NCBI GenBank assembly: GCA_020431915.1
Contig: JAGQHJ010000003.1
Span: 29,032-93,031, forward strand
Direction: 5' to 3'
DNA from: Cyanobacteria bacterium HKST-UBA04
GTDB taxonomy: Bacteria > Cyanobacteriota > Vampirovibrionia > Vampirovibrionales > JAGQHJ01
DNA: 64,000 nucleotides
Under the pieces are notes generated by a model. It had not been told where the DNA came from, made no database searches, and saw only the letters and a program-made list of their open reading frames with translations. This document shows positions 18,030 to 27,388 of the stretch, one piece after another (within the stretch, counting starts at the first letter, position 1; each line of letters begins with the position of its first letter). The translations under genes were made by a program, and so were the position numbers.

Positions 18030-19327
18030 TTGCACAATACGACGACACAACGGATGCAGCCTTGCATGGCTTTGATACGGTAGAGTCGGCCATTGCCGCC
18101 ATTGCCAACGGCGAGCTGGTTATTATTGCCGATGACGAAGATCGCGAGAACGAGGGCGACCTGGTTTGTGCGGCCGAAAAGGTAACGCCGGACCTGATTA
18201 ACTTTATGGCCAGCCATGGCCGGGGTCTGATTTGCCTGACCTTGACCGAGAGCTGGTGCGAGCAGTTGCAGTTGCACCCGATGGTGTTTAACAACACCGA
18301 TTCCTTCCAGACGGCCTTTACCGTCTCGGTGGATGCCCATCCCAAATACGGGGTAACCACCGGCATTAGCGCCAAGGACCGGGCCACCACCATTCAGGTC
18401 TGCGTGGCCAATGATGCCGTGCCGGCGGATCTGCGCCGTCCGGGCCATATCTTTCCGTTGCAGGCCAAGCCAGGCGGCGTGCTGCAGCGGGTGGGGCAAA
18501 CCGAAGCCAGCGTGGACATTGCCCGTTTGGCGGGCCTGAAACCGGCCGGAGTAATTTGCGAGATTATGAACGAGGATGGCACCATGGCCCGGCGTGACGA
18601 ACTGGTTCGCTTTGCCAAGGCGCACAACCTGCGGTTTATTACCGTTGCCCAGCTTATCGAATACCGGCTGCGCCATGAGCGGACCGTGGTACTGGAAGCC
18701 GAAGCCACGCTGCCGACCAAGTTTGGCGAGTTTACCCTGCGAGCGTACCGCAACCATCTGGACGACAGCGAGCATCTGGCCCTGGTCAAGGGCAACTTGC
18801 AGGATACGCACGACGGCGTTGTGCCGTACGTGCGCATGCACAGCGAGTGTTTAACCGGTGACGTACTGGCCAGTCTTCGGTGCGATTGCGGGGTGCAGCT
18901 TGAAACTGCCCTGCAGATGATCGCCAGCCATGGCAAGGGCGCGCTGGTTTATCTGCGTACCCACGAAGGCCGGGGCATTGGCTTGGTCAATAAAATAAAG
19001 GCCTACCAGCTGCAAGACCGCAAGGGGCTTGATACGGTAGATGCCAATGTGGAGTTGGGCTTTGCCCCAGACTTGCGAAACTACGGCGTTGGGGCGCAAA
19101 TCCTGCTGGATTTGGGCCTGAAGTCGTTTAACCTGTTGACGAACAACCCGCGCAAAATACGCGGCCTGGACGGCTATGGCCTGACCATTGTCGAGCGTGT
19201 ACCGCTGCCGGTTTGCGCCACCAGCCATAACCAGGGCTACCTCAAGACCAAGCGCGATCGCATGGGCCACGTCATGGACATGGGTAACCTGGCCGAGGCC
19301 ACCCGCGCTGAAACGTTTAACCCTTAA
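18026..19327 (+). CDS. ribBA: Bifunctional 3,4-dihydroxy-2-butanone-4-phosphate synthase / GTP cyclohydrolase II
   Basis: DHBP synthase block [12 protein letters not shown] and GCH-II block [21 protein letters not shown]...EGRGIGL. Confidence 0.92.
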   Translation: MIAQYDDTTDAALHGFDTVESAIAAIANGELVIIADDEDRENEGDLVCAAEKVTPDLINFMASHGRGLICLTLTESWCEQLQLHPMVFNNTDSFQTAFTVSVDAHPKYGVTTGISAKDRATTIQVCVANDAVPADLRRPGHIFPLQAKPGGVLQRVGQTEASVDIARLAGLKPAGVICEIMNEDGTMARRDELVRFAKAHNLRFITVAQLIEYRLRHERTVVLEAEATLPTKFGEFTLRAYRNHLDDSEHLALVKGNLQDTHDGVVPYVRMHSECLTGDVLASLRCDCGVQLETALQMIASHGKGALVYLRTHEGRGIGLVNKIKAYQLQDRKGLDTVDANVELGFAPDLRNYGVGAQILLDLGLKSFNLLTNNPRKIRGLDGYGLTIVERVPLPVCATSHNQGYLKTKRDRMGHVMDMGNLAEATRAETFNP

Positions 19328-19349
19328 CCCCTAAGGAGCACCATGTTTA

Positions 19350-19883
19350 ATGAGCACGACCCTTTCCAAATACCGCAGCCATGAAGGCGCCTTGACCGGT
19401 TATGACCTGAAAATAGCCGTGGTGGTGAGTCGGTTTAACAGCCTGGTTACCGAAAAGCTTCTCGACGGCTGCATTGCCACGTTGTCGCGCCATGGGGTCG
19501 ATTCAAAAAATATCCATGTGTTCTGGGTGCCGGGGGCCTTTGATATACCGTACATGGCCGCCAAGTGTACCAAGGAACATCATTTCTCGGCCATTATTAC
19601 GCTGGGTTGCGTTATTCGCGGCGAAACCAGCCATTACGATTTCGTGGCCGGCGAGTGTGCCAGCGGCCTGACGCAACTGAACCGCAAGGGCAAGACCCCG
19701 GTTGTGTTTGGTGTGTTAACCACCGAAACCCTGGAGCAGGCTTTGGATCGCGTGGGCGGCAAGCACGGGCACAAGGGGGCCGATGCCGCCCTGGCTGCCC
19801 TGGAGCTGGCCAACCTGTCGACGACCATCGAGGGCCTCGAGCCGTCGCCAGCCGACCAGAAGGCGCTGACGTACCAGATTTAA
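19350..19883 (+). CDS. ribH: 6,7-dimethyl-8-ribityllumazine synthase
   Basis: KIAVVVSRFNSLVTEKLLDG, WVPGAFDIPY and GCVIRGETSHYDFVA blocks. Confidence 0.92.
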   Translation: MSTTLSKYRSHEGALTGYDLKIAVVVSRFNSLVTEKLLDGCIATLSRHGVDSKNIHVFWVPGAFDIPYMAAKCTKEHHFSAIITLGCVIRGETSHYDFVAGECASGLTQLNRKGKTPVVFGVLTTETLEQALDRVGGKHGHKGADAALAALELANLSTTIEGLEPSPADQKALTYQI

Positions 19884-19904
19884 TTTAGACCCGATTTAAT
19901 TTAG
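19877..19904. repeat. 12-bp direct repeat GATTTAATTTAG x2 separated by ACCC
   Basis: Read directly. Copy 1 contains the ribH stop codon. Copy 2 contains the stop codon of the convergent thioesterase gene. Confidence 0.7.
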
Positions 19905-20362
19905 CCGTCACCCAGCAGCAGCTTGTAGAGAATATCGGGCAGCTTGCGGTAGAGCCGGCCTTCCAGGTTTACCATCACCACGGTGGTCTGGGCTTCAATA
20001 AGAAGCTGTTCGGCCGGGCGTTGGCGGCCGGGCAGGGCAACCACCTGCTGGGTAAAGAAGAACTTGTAGCCGTCCAGCCTAAACGTGGTCGTCAGCCGTA
20101 CGCGGTCGCCAAAGCGGCCAGAGGCCCGAAAGCGCGTGTTTTGCTCGACAACGGGAAAAACAATGTCGTGGGCGTCACTCATTTGCTTCAGGTCTATGCC
20201 CAGGTGCTTGAGCATGTCTACCCGGCCCATTTCCAGCCACTTAACGTAGGCCCCATGCCAAATGACGCCGTAGCAATCCGTGTCGAAAATCTGCACGTCG
20301 TACTCGAAGCTGTAGGGCTGGTCGGGGGTAAAGGTTGCGGTGGTGTGTGTGGAAGTGGTCAT
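19901..20362 (-). CDS. Acyl-CoA thioesterase, hotdog fold (YbgC/4HBT-like)
   Basis: The FEYDVQIFDTDCYGVIWHGAYVKWLEMGRVDMLKHLG block is typical of 4HBT thioesterases. ATG at 20362; an alternative TTG is at 20380. Confidence 0.75.
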   Translation of the reverse strand: MTTSTHTTATFTPDQPYSFEYDVQIFDTDCYGVIWHGAYVKWLEMGRVDMLKHLGIDLKQMSDAHDIVFPVVEQNTRFRASGRFGDRVRLTTTFRLDGYKFFFTQQVVALPGRQRPAEQLLIEAQTTVVMVNLEGRLYRKLPDILYKLLLGDG

Positions 20363-20617
20363 ACAACGGATTTGTAACAAAACGGGCGGTTGGGGCGCAT
20401 CAAAATCCCTTCAGGGGGCTTATTACAGCATCAAAGCCAAGGGGCCATAACCGGCCAACGGTTTATGGGCTTTGTCAAACAACGAATAAGCTCTATAATA
20501 GAGCCTAATGATACCAAAAGCAGCTTACTTCGTTTACGACAGACTGGTTATTTTACTGCTTCGCCAACGTTTACCCAAAACTTTGTCACCGCATGACTAC
20601 TGAGTAGGGGGCCTTTG

Positions 20618-21040
20618 ATGGATCACTTCAGCATCATCCAACATTTTTTCTCCAGACTGCGCTGTCAATCGTGCCATGAGCACTTTGACGAAGACGGTAT
20701 CGAGCTTGTTCGCGAAAACGAGGGCCTGTACCTGGTGCGCGTCAGTTGCTGCCATTGCGGCGAAGAGGCCGGTATGGCCATGGTTGGCGTGGAGCAAGGG
20801 ACAGACCGGTCGGATGATCATTCGCACGATGCCCAGACGCCGCTGATTTCTGGCTCCAAGTACCAGGGCTTTACCGATCCCGAACTGACCCCTGCCGAAA
20901 TACGGCGCCTAAGCCAGTTTGATCCGGTTTCCAACGACGACGTCATTGAGGCTCACCGGTTCTTCCAGGGCCTGGGCCACGACTGGCGCAAGCACTTGCC
21001 CGACGAGCAGGAACAGGCCGCTACAGGAACGCTTCAATAG
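20618..21040 (+). CDS. Hypothetical zinc-ribbon protein
   Basis: CxxC...CxxC pattern (CQSCHEHF...CCHCGEE). ATG 20618 lies after a G-rich Shine-Dalgarno-like stretch. The 3' end overlaps convergent pyrE by 20 nt. Confidence 0.5.
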   Translation: MDHFSIIQHFFSRLRCQSCHEHFDEDGIELVRENEGLYLVRVSCCHCGEEAGMAMVGVEQGTDRSDDHSHDAQTPLISGSKYQGFTDPELTPAEIRRLSQFDPVSNDDVIEAHRFFQGLGHDWRKHLPDEQEQAATGTLQ

Positions 21041-21605
21041 TCAGCAGGGCTTCGTAGGCCAAGCCTGCCTCGGCCAATGTGGCCCGGGTGGCTTCAACAC
21101 CACCTTCGTTCCGATCAACGAGGGTGACGACCTTGACGATGTCAACCTGCGGAAATGCCTGGCGCACGGCCTGGGCTGCCTGGAGTACCGTGCCGCCCGT
21201 TGTCATTACGTCTTCAAGCAGCACTACCCGATCGCCGTCCTTCAGGTTGCCTTCCACCTGTTTCTTGGTGCCATGGCCCTTGGCTTCCTTGCGTACCAAA
21301 AAACCGTCTATGGGCTGGCCTTGCCGGGCGCTTTCCACGGTAACGGCCGTGACGATAGGGTCGGCTCCCATCGTCATGCCCCCCACGGCGTCTAGCTTTA
21401 ACGGGCCAAGGTGTTCGAAGAGCAGTTCGCCGATAATTTTTGATCCGTCTGCCGACAGGGTGGTCAGGCGGCCGTCCATGTAGTAGGTGCTGGTTTTGCC
21501 GCTGGCCAGGGTGAAAGTGCCCCGTTTAAAGGAACGTTGGGACAGGATTTCAAACAGGGTTTGCAGTTTGGGGGAGCGGGTTTGGACGGTCATTGGGCAG
21601 GGCAC
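21021..21605 (-). CDS. pyrE: Orotate phosphoribosyltransferase
   Basis: PRPP-binding motif VVLLEDVMTTGGT and FTLASGKTSTYYMD block. Confidence 0.9.
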   Translation of the reverse strand: MPCPMTVQTRSPKLQTLFEILSQRSFKRGTFTLASGKTSTYYMDGRLTTLSADGSKIIGELLFEHLGPLKLDAVGGMTMGADPIVTAVTVESARQGQPIDGFLVRKEAKGHGTKKQVEGNLKDGDRVVLLEDVMTTGGTVLQAAQAVRQAFPQVDIVKVVTLVDRNEGGVEATRATLAEAGLAYEALLTIEAFL

Positions 21606-21677
21606 TCCAGATAAGGGGCATCAGGATTGCCTTATCATATCGAAAACCCCCGTATGACACACGTTTTAACGAATGGG

Positions 21678-24600
21678 TTAACTGTAGGCCGCTATCTTAT
21701 CATCGAGCTGCACGAGGCTGTCCGGCGACAAGGTGCTTTCGCCGGCATGGCGGGCCTGGGTAAAATATTGCAGGGCGGCATGCCGGTCTTTGCTTCGTTC
21801 GGCCAGGTAGCCTAGGCGCAGGCAGGCCGAGGCGGTCAGGAGTTGTCGGGCATCGGGATCTAGGCGGAACTGGATTGACTCGGAGGTTTGGGCCACCGTT
21901 AACGCTTGTTGCGCATGGCCAATGGCGCCTTGATGGTCACCAACCGCCTCGCAGGCCTTGGAAGCCATCATCAGGGTACGGCACAAAGTTTTGGCGGCAT
22001 CATGCTGTTCGTCAAAAATCAGGCATTTCTCGAAAATGGTTTTGGCTTTTTTAAAGGCCTGGTGGTCCCAGTACAGGCAGCCCAGGTTGTACAGGGCAGC
22101 GGCGCAGGCCACCGGGTTTTGCTGGTCGAGGGCCAGTTTGTAACTGTCGTGGTAGGCCTCGATAGCCAGTTTGAGCTGGCCCATTCCCTCAAAACACAGG
22201 GCCAGTTGGAAGGCATGGTCGGCCTTCTGCGGGTTGGAATCTGGGGTGTAGCGCAAGGCCTGGCGAAACGCCTTGACTGCACTGGGCCAATGTTGCCGGT
22301 ACGCATGGATACCCCCGATGGCCGAGGCCGTTGCGGCCATTAAATCGGGCGGTGGCGACGGGTGTTTTGACAAGCTGGTGAACACGGCGCTGAGTTCGGC
22401 CAGGGCCTGGTTGTGGTGGTAGTGGGTTTTGTAGAAACGGCCTAGCGCCAGTCGGAGGCGGACCGGGAGAAGGTCGTCTTTAGCCAGGCCGGGTTGCTGG
22501 TCGAGCCACTGCAACGTGCCGATGTACAGTTGTTCGATGGCATCAAGCTGTGCCGGGGTTAGTTCGTGGGGGTGCCGTTGCCCCACCAGTTGGGCAATCA
22601 GCTCATATAGGGCATTGCCGCCTACGCGTGTGTCGGTGCCATGCACGGCAAAGGCCAAGGGTTTAAGCCGACCCTGCACGGCCATGGGCAGCGGAGAAAA
22701 GGCCTTTAAGGCGGCATCGAGCCAGTCGGGCAGCTTTGGGACGGCAGGCTTTTTGGGTTCGGCTGGGGCGGCAAGAGGGGGTGTGGCCACTGAGGGAGAG
22801 GTGGCCGGATCGGCTTGCGGGGTTGGGGGCTGTTGGGCGGTGGGGGGGGCGGCCGAATCAGTCAGGCCGCCATGATCGACGGCTTGGGCGGGTGGCTGCA
22901 TAGGAGCGGGCTGTTGTGCCGCCGTAGGACTTGATGTGAGGGGTGTGATGGGGGCAGCAGGCGTCATGGGGGCCTGAACCTGCACGATAATGGGTTGCGG
23001 CAAGATGGTTGATCCGGTTGGTGCCGGTGTAGAGGTAAGCCTAGAGGCAGGCATGGCGGATGGTAGGTCTGGATTCCAGTGGGGGTCGGGGGTGTTTTCT
23101 GCTTCTACTGCCGCTAGCCAGTCCATGTCCGAGGGGGCTTCGTCTGAGGAGTTTTCATCGGACGGCGCTTCTTGGGCCTCAAGGTGCTGGGCCAGCGCGG
23201 CCCACTCCGCTTCGTTATCGCTGGTCGGCTCATCCGCATGGTCATAAGCGGAAGGAGAGGGCACGGTCAAATCAACGGGTGGTGCTGGTGGAGCGGTGTC
23301 GGTTTGGGGGATGCTCTGGGATCTTTCAACTTGGGTGTCAGCTTGGGTGTCAGCTGTGGGGGTGGCTGTGGCAAAGGGCGGCTGTTCCGGCGAGCCGGCC
23401 TGGGCACGCGGCGCGGTGTTTAAAATCTGGCCGGAGGCCGAAGCCGCCAGGGCACCCAGGTTTTGTGACGTGTAGCCCTCCCGTTCGAGTTTCTTGACCT
23501 GGTTGCTGTGGTACTGTGCCTCGGTCAGCAGGTGCCGGGTACGGGCCTGATACACCCGCTTCCACAGGGGTTTGTTCCGTTCCTCGATGTAAAACTGCTG
23601 TAGCTGACTGTGGTACAGAGCCCGCATTTCCGGCGGCAGTACCTGTTTGAGGGTGTCTCGGAAACGTTCCCAAAGCTGGTAAAATGCTTCAATTGGTCGG
23701 TGGTTACGGTTGCCCTGGGCCAGGGCCTCGCGCTCGCGCTGGCGGTTGCGTAACTGGTCGAGTACGAGCTGGGGCGGAAACACCTTCTGCATCAGCACGT
23801 GGATGTCCGAATGCTCGATGTCCGTAAAGCTGAACTGCCGCAGTTCGGGCATGCAAACCCCCACCAGCGCCTTGAGGCCGGTGGCGGTAATACTGTGGTT
23901 AATCAGCGAGAACAGGCCCAGCAGCTTGGTTTCCTGTGGGGTCAGGCTGTTGAGCAGGTGGGCGAGAAACGCGTTGTAAATATGGCCCTGATGCACCTCG
24001 AACAACGACAGCCAGTAGTGGAAGTCGGGCTGGGAACGGGCAAACTGGCTCAGCAGGTAAATGGCAAAGGGTTCGCCGTCGCAGTAGTGGATAAGCTGGC
24101 GGTACTCGCTTTCGAGCATGCCCACCGACAGGTCGCAATGTCGCTGGATGATGGTCCACCCTTCCTGTGGGGCCAGCTTGGGCAGCTCCATGTGATGGAT
24201 GAGGGGAGAGAGCGGAGACATGTCGGCCAAGGGCATTTGCGTGCCGCTGAAGATCAGCTTCACGTTGTCGTAGCCGAGCAGGAAGTTCAGGGTATCCTTC
24301 AGTTCCACGGAGCGGATGGTTTGGCGCGATGAGACGATGAAATCCACGTTGTCGATGACGATGACAATGGGGATGTGGCTGGATTGCTCGAGTAGCTGCA
24401 TCAGGGTGACGAAGGGATCGGTATCGCGCAGGTCGGCCTGGTGTTTTTGGGCTTCCTCGGTCTTGGCCTGGTCGCCAAATTCGCGCAGCACGTAGGTCAT
24501 GTACTCGATGAGGAAGCGGACAATCTCGTCCTGGTCGGTGTGGGCCGATACGTCAAACCAAAGCAGTTGCTGGTGGCCGCCCCCTAGCATTTCGCACAGG

Positions 24601-25055
24601 CCGCGCACGAAAGAGGACTTTCCTCGGCCCGACGGGCCACTGATCATCAGGAGTTTGTGGGTGAAGTCGTTAAGGATATGGCAGCAGTCGATAACCAGTT
24701 GTTTGCGGTTGCCGAACACCAGCGGTTCATAGCGGATGGCTCGGCGCGTGACGTTGAGCGGCGAGAACACCTGGCGGCGTTCGGCATCCTTCAGGCTGAT
24801 GACGGGTTTGCGATCCGCCACAAATCGCCCGGAAACCAGGCGATCGAGTACGTGGGACAAAACAAAGTCCTCACGGGTCGGGGCGGGGGCGGCAAAAGAG
24901 GCTGGGGGTGGGGGGGTATCCATAGCGGGCGTGGGGCTAAAATCGCTTTGGGTAGGGGTGTTGGGGCCTTTGTTGCTACAGGGGGTATCGGCAGGATGCG
25001 GGGCAAAATTGACCGGTTGTTCCCGTGGCTGTGCTATAACAGGCATATTTCCCAT
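21678..25055 (-). CDS. Large STAND/AAA-type NTPase with central Pro-rich linker and C-terminal TPR array
   Basis: Walker A MISGPSGRGKSSF, Walker B IVIVIDNVD, a ~250-aa P/A/T/Q-rich low-complexity stretch, then TPR-like repeats (LYNLGCLYWDHQAFKKAKTIFEKCL). Start taken at MGNMPV; the ORF is open to 25172. Confidence 0.75.
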   Translation of the reverse strand: MGNMPVIAQPREQPVNFAPHPADTPCSNKGPNTPTQSDFSPTPAMDTPPPPASFAAPAPTREDFVLSHVLDRLVSGRFVADRKPVISLKDAERRQVFSPLNVTRRAIRYEPLVFGNRKQLVIDCCHILNDFTHKLLMISGPSGRGKSSFVRGLCEMLGGGHQQLLWFDVSAHTDQDEIVRFLIEYMTYVLREFGDQAKTEEAQKHQADLRDTDPFVTLMQLLEQSSHIPIVIVIDNVDFIVSSRQTIRSVELKDTLNFLLGYDNVKLIFSGTQMPLADMSPLSPLIHHMELPKLAPQEGWTIIQRHCDLSVGMLESEYRQLIHYCDGEPFAIYLLSQFARSQPDFHYWLSLFEVHQGHIYNAFLAHLLNSLTPQETKLLGLFSLINHSITATGLKALVGVCMPELRQFSFTDIEHSDIHVLMQKVFPPQLVLDQLRNRQREREALAQGNRNHRPIEAFYQLWERFRDTLKQVLPPEMRALYHSQLQQFYIEERNKPLWKRVYQARTRHLLTEAQYHSNQVKKLEREGYTSQNLGALAASASGQILNTAPRAQAGSPEQPPFATATPTADTQADTQVERSQSIPQTDTAPPAPPVDLTVPSPSAYDHADEPTSDNEAEWAALAQHLEAQEAPSDENSSDEAPSDMDWLAAVEAENTPDPHWNPDLPSAMPASRLTSTPAPTGSTILPQPIIVQVQAPMTPAAPITPLTSSPTAAQQPAPMQPPAQAVDHGGLTDSAAPPTAQQPPTPQADPATSPSVATPPLAAPAEPKKPAVPKLPDWLDAALKAFSPLPMAVQGRLKPLAFAVHGTDTRVGGNALYELIAQLVGQRHPHELTPAQLDAIEQLYIGTLQWLDQQPGLAKDDLLPVRLRLALGRFYKTHYHHNQALAELSAVFTSLSKHPSPPPDLMAATASAIGGIHAYRQHWPSAVKAFRQALRYTPDSNPQKADHAFQLALCFEGMGQLKLAIEAYHDSYKLALDQQNPVACAAALYNLGCLYWDHQAFKKAKTIFEKCLIFDEQHDAAKTLCRTLMMASKACEAVGDHQGAIGHAQQALTVAQTSESIQFRLDPDARQLLTASACLRLGYLAERSKDRHAALQYFTQARHAGESTLSPDSLVQLDDKIAAYS

Positions 25056-25163
25056 CGTAATCCCATTGTGCTTGATTTGCCCTGTTAAACAACCATGGCC
25101 CAACCCCCCGCTGCATCTGACATTGACCCATGCTGGCATGGCTATTTTGATGCGCTCCACCAA

Positions 25164-25874
25164 ATGACGCATTTTTTGCCCGCTCCCCTCGACCCAACCC
25201 AGCAGGATCAGTTGAAACGCTTGTATCGCCTGGTTATGGAAGGTAACGAGGTGATGAACCTAACCCGGATTACCGAGTTAGAGGGGTTTTGGCTTCGCCA
25301 TATCCTGGATTCCTTGTCCGTGGTGCCCAAAATGGTCGGTGTTTCCGATGCGAAAATAGCAGATATCGGTTCAGGCGCAGGGTTTCCGACATTGCCGTTG
25401 GCGATTGTGTGCCCTTCTTACAGCTATACGGCTATCGAATCGGTCAAGAAAAAAGCGGCCTTTATTGCACAGGCTGCCGAGGCCCTCGGGCTGCCCAGGG
25501 TCTCGGTTTGTGACGAGCGCGTAGAGGTTCTGGGCCAGGCCGAAGCCTACCGGGGCATGTACGATGTGGTGGTGAGCCGGGCCGTGGCGCCGCTTCCCGT
25601 GCTTTTGGAATATGCCCTGCCGTTGCTCAAGGTGGGGGGCCAGGCGTTGTTTTACAAGTCCGTTAACAACCTGGCGTCGGAGCTGGATGCTGCGCCGGAT
25701 CGGCTGCTAGCCGTTTCAAAGATGCTCGGGGGCGGGCCGCTATCGGTTCACAACCCGGCGTTGGCGGGGCTGGCGGATCACCGTATTGTAACCGTCCATA
25801 AAGTGGCTCAAACCGCTGCCAAATTCCCACGCAAGCCGGGTGTTCCGGCTAAAAAGCCGCTGTCTAAAAGATAA
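25164..25874 (+). CDS. rsmG: 16S rRNA (guanine527-N7)-methyltransferase
   Basis: NLTRI...W.RHILDSL block and SAM motif DIGSGAGFPTLPLAI. An alternative upstream ATG is at 25095. Confidence 0.85.
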   Translation: MTHFLPAPLDPTQQDQLKRLYRLVMEGNEVMNLTRITELEGFWLRHILDSLSVVPKMVGVSDAKIADIGSGAGFPTLPLAIVCPSYSYTAIESVKKKAAFIAQAAEALGLPRVSVCDERVEVLGQAEAYRGMYDVVVSRAVAPLPVLLEYALPLLKVGGQALFYKSVNNLASELDAAPDRLLAVSKMLGGGPLSVHNPALAGLADHRIVTVHKVAQTAAKFPRKPGVPAKKPLSKR

Positions 25875-25957
25875 TTCAAGTTTTTCCATCGCTTTTTGGG
25901 GTGTGTTTTGGGTATAATACCCCCACTGTAGGTGTAACCCGTAAATTGAGGTCTGCT

Positions 25958-26476
25958 ATGGCAACTGAAGTGGTGGAGAAACCGCTCATCCAATCCCCCG
26001 ACCTACCGCTTGAAAAGGATTTGATGATCGAGGATATCCAGGCGATCTTGCCGCACCGGTATCCGTTCCTGATGGTCGATCGCGTCACCAAGCTGGTGCC
26101 CACCAAATCCATCGAAGGCTTCAAAAACGTGACGGCTAACGAACCCTTTTTCGAGGGGCATTTCCCCGGAAAGCCCATTATGCCGGGGGTGCTGATCGTT
26201 GAAGCCATGGCCCAGCTCGGCTGCATCCTGATTCACTTGATGCCCGAAGCCAAGGACAAGCTTATTTTGTTTGCCGGCATTGAGAGTGTACGGTTCCGCC
26301 GCCAGGTGGTGCCCGGCGATCGGTTGGAGATGTCGGCCGAACTGCTCAAGATTAAAGGCCCTCTTGGCAAAGCCCGCGGCGAAGCCCATGTAAACGGTGA
26401 GCTGGCCATCAGCGGCTGCTTCCTGTTTTCTTTGGTTCCTGATAACCGCGAGCTGGGTGCTTATGACCACCACTAA
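25958..26476 (+). CDS. fabZ: 3-hydroxyacyl-ACP dehydratase
   Basis: LPHRYPFLMVDRV and FFEGHFPGKPIMPGVLIVEAMAQ blocks. Confidence 0.92.
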   Translation: MATEVVEKPLIQSPDLPLEKDLMIEDIQAILPHRYPFLMVDRVTKLVPTKSIEGFKNVTANEPFFEGHFPGKPIMPGVLIVEAMAQLGCILIHLMPEAKDKLILFAGIESVRFRRQVVPGDRLEMSAELLKIKGPLGKARGEAHVNGELAISGCFLFSLVPDNRELGAYDHH

Positions 26477-27302
26477 AATCCACTCAACCGCTATTGTTGA
26501 CCCCACGGCCGTGTTGCACGAAGGGGTTGAAATCGGCCCCTATACCATCATTGGCCCAAACGTCGAGCTGGGGGCCCATACCCGTATTGGCTCTCATGTG
26601 GTTATTGGCGAGCGCACCATTACCGGCGAACAGTGCTTTATTGACTCCTTTGCCGCCGTCGGGGGCGAGCCTCAGGATTTCTCCTACAAGGGCGAGTCGA
26701 CCCGTGTGCGGATTGGCGACCGTACGACCATTCGCGAGTACACGACCGTTAACCGGGCCACGGGAGAAGGCCAGGAAACGGTGATTGGTAGTGACTGCAT
26801 GCTGATGGAATACGTGCACGTGGCCCACAACTGCCAGATTGGCAACCACGTGATTATGGTCAACACGTCCCAGATTGCCGGTTACGTGGAGCTGGGCGAT
26901 TACGCCTACATGAGCGCCCTGACCATTCTGCACCAGTTTGTCAAAGTGGGCCGGTTTGCTCTGTTAAGTGGCGCAACCGGTTCTCGTCAAGACTTGCCGC
27001 CCTTTACCCTGCTTGATGGCCGCCCTGCTGCCGTTCGTGGGGTTAACAAGGTGGGTCTTAAACGTCGGGGTGTCGGGCTCGATTCGCGTACCCACCTGAC
27101 CAAGGCGGTTAAGCTGTTGTTCCAGTCCGGCCTGACCATCGAGGAAGCCGTCTCCAAACTGGCTGCTGACGAGCTGGCAGACCCTTACGTCGACGAATTG
27201 CTGACTTTCATCAAGACCTCCAAGCGCGGGGTGTATCGCGAGCCGTTTAACCGTACCGAGCGCGACAAGACCGGCCTTGGTGTGGATGAGCTGACGGTAT
27301 AG
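26463..27302 (+). CDS. lpxA: Acyl-ACP--UDP-N-acetylglucosamine O-acyltransferase
   Basis: IHSTAIVDP start and left-handed beta-helix hexapeptide repeats. 14-nt overlap with fabZ. It carries a short C-terminal extension. Confidence 0.88.
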   Translation: MTTTKIHSTAIVDPTAVLHEGVEIGPYTIIGPNVELGAHTRIGSHVVIGERTITGEQCFIDSFAAVGGEPQDFSYKGESTRVRIGDRTTIREYTTVNRATGEGQETVIGSDCMLMEYVHVAHNCQIGNHVIMVNTSQIAGYVELGDYAYMSALTILHQFVKVGRFALLSGATGSRQDLPPFTLLDGRPAAVRGVNKVGLKRRGVGLDSRTHLTKAVKLLFQSGLTIEEAVSKLAADELADPYVDELLTFIKTSKRGVYREPFNRTERDKTGLGVDELTV

Positions 27303-27388
27303 CGTCCAGGTGGCTTGTAACCGGGCTGTATCGGGTATATAGTGCAGTCGTGACTGTAAGCTGACTTGTTTGAGGTGCCTGCTGAGTA

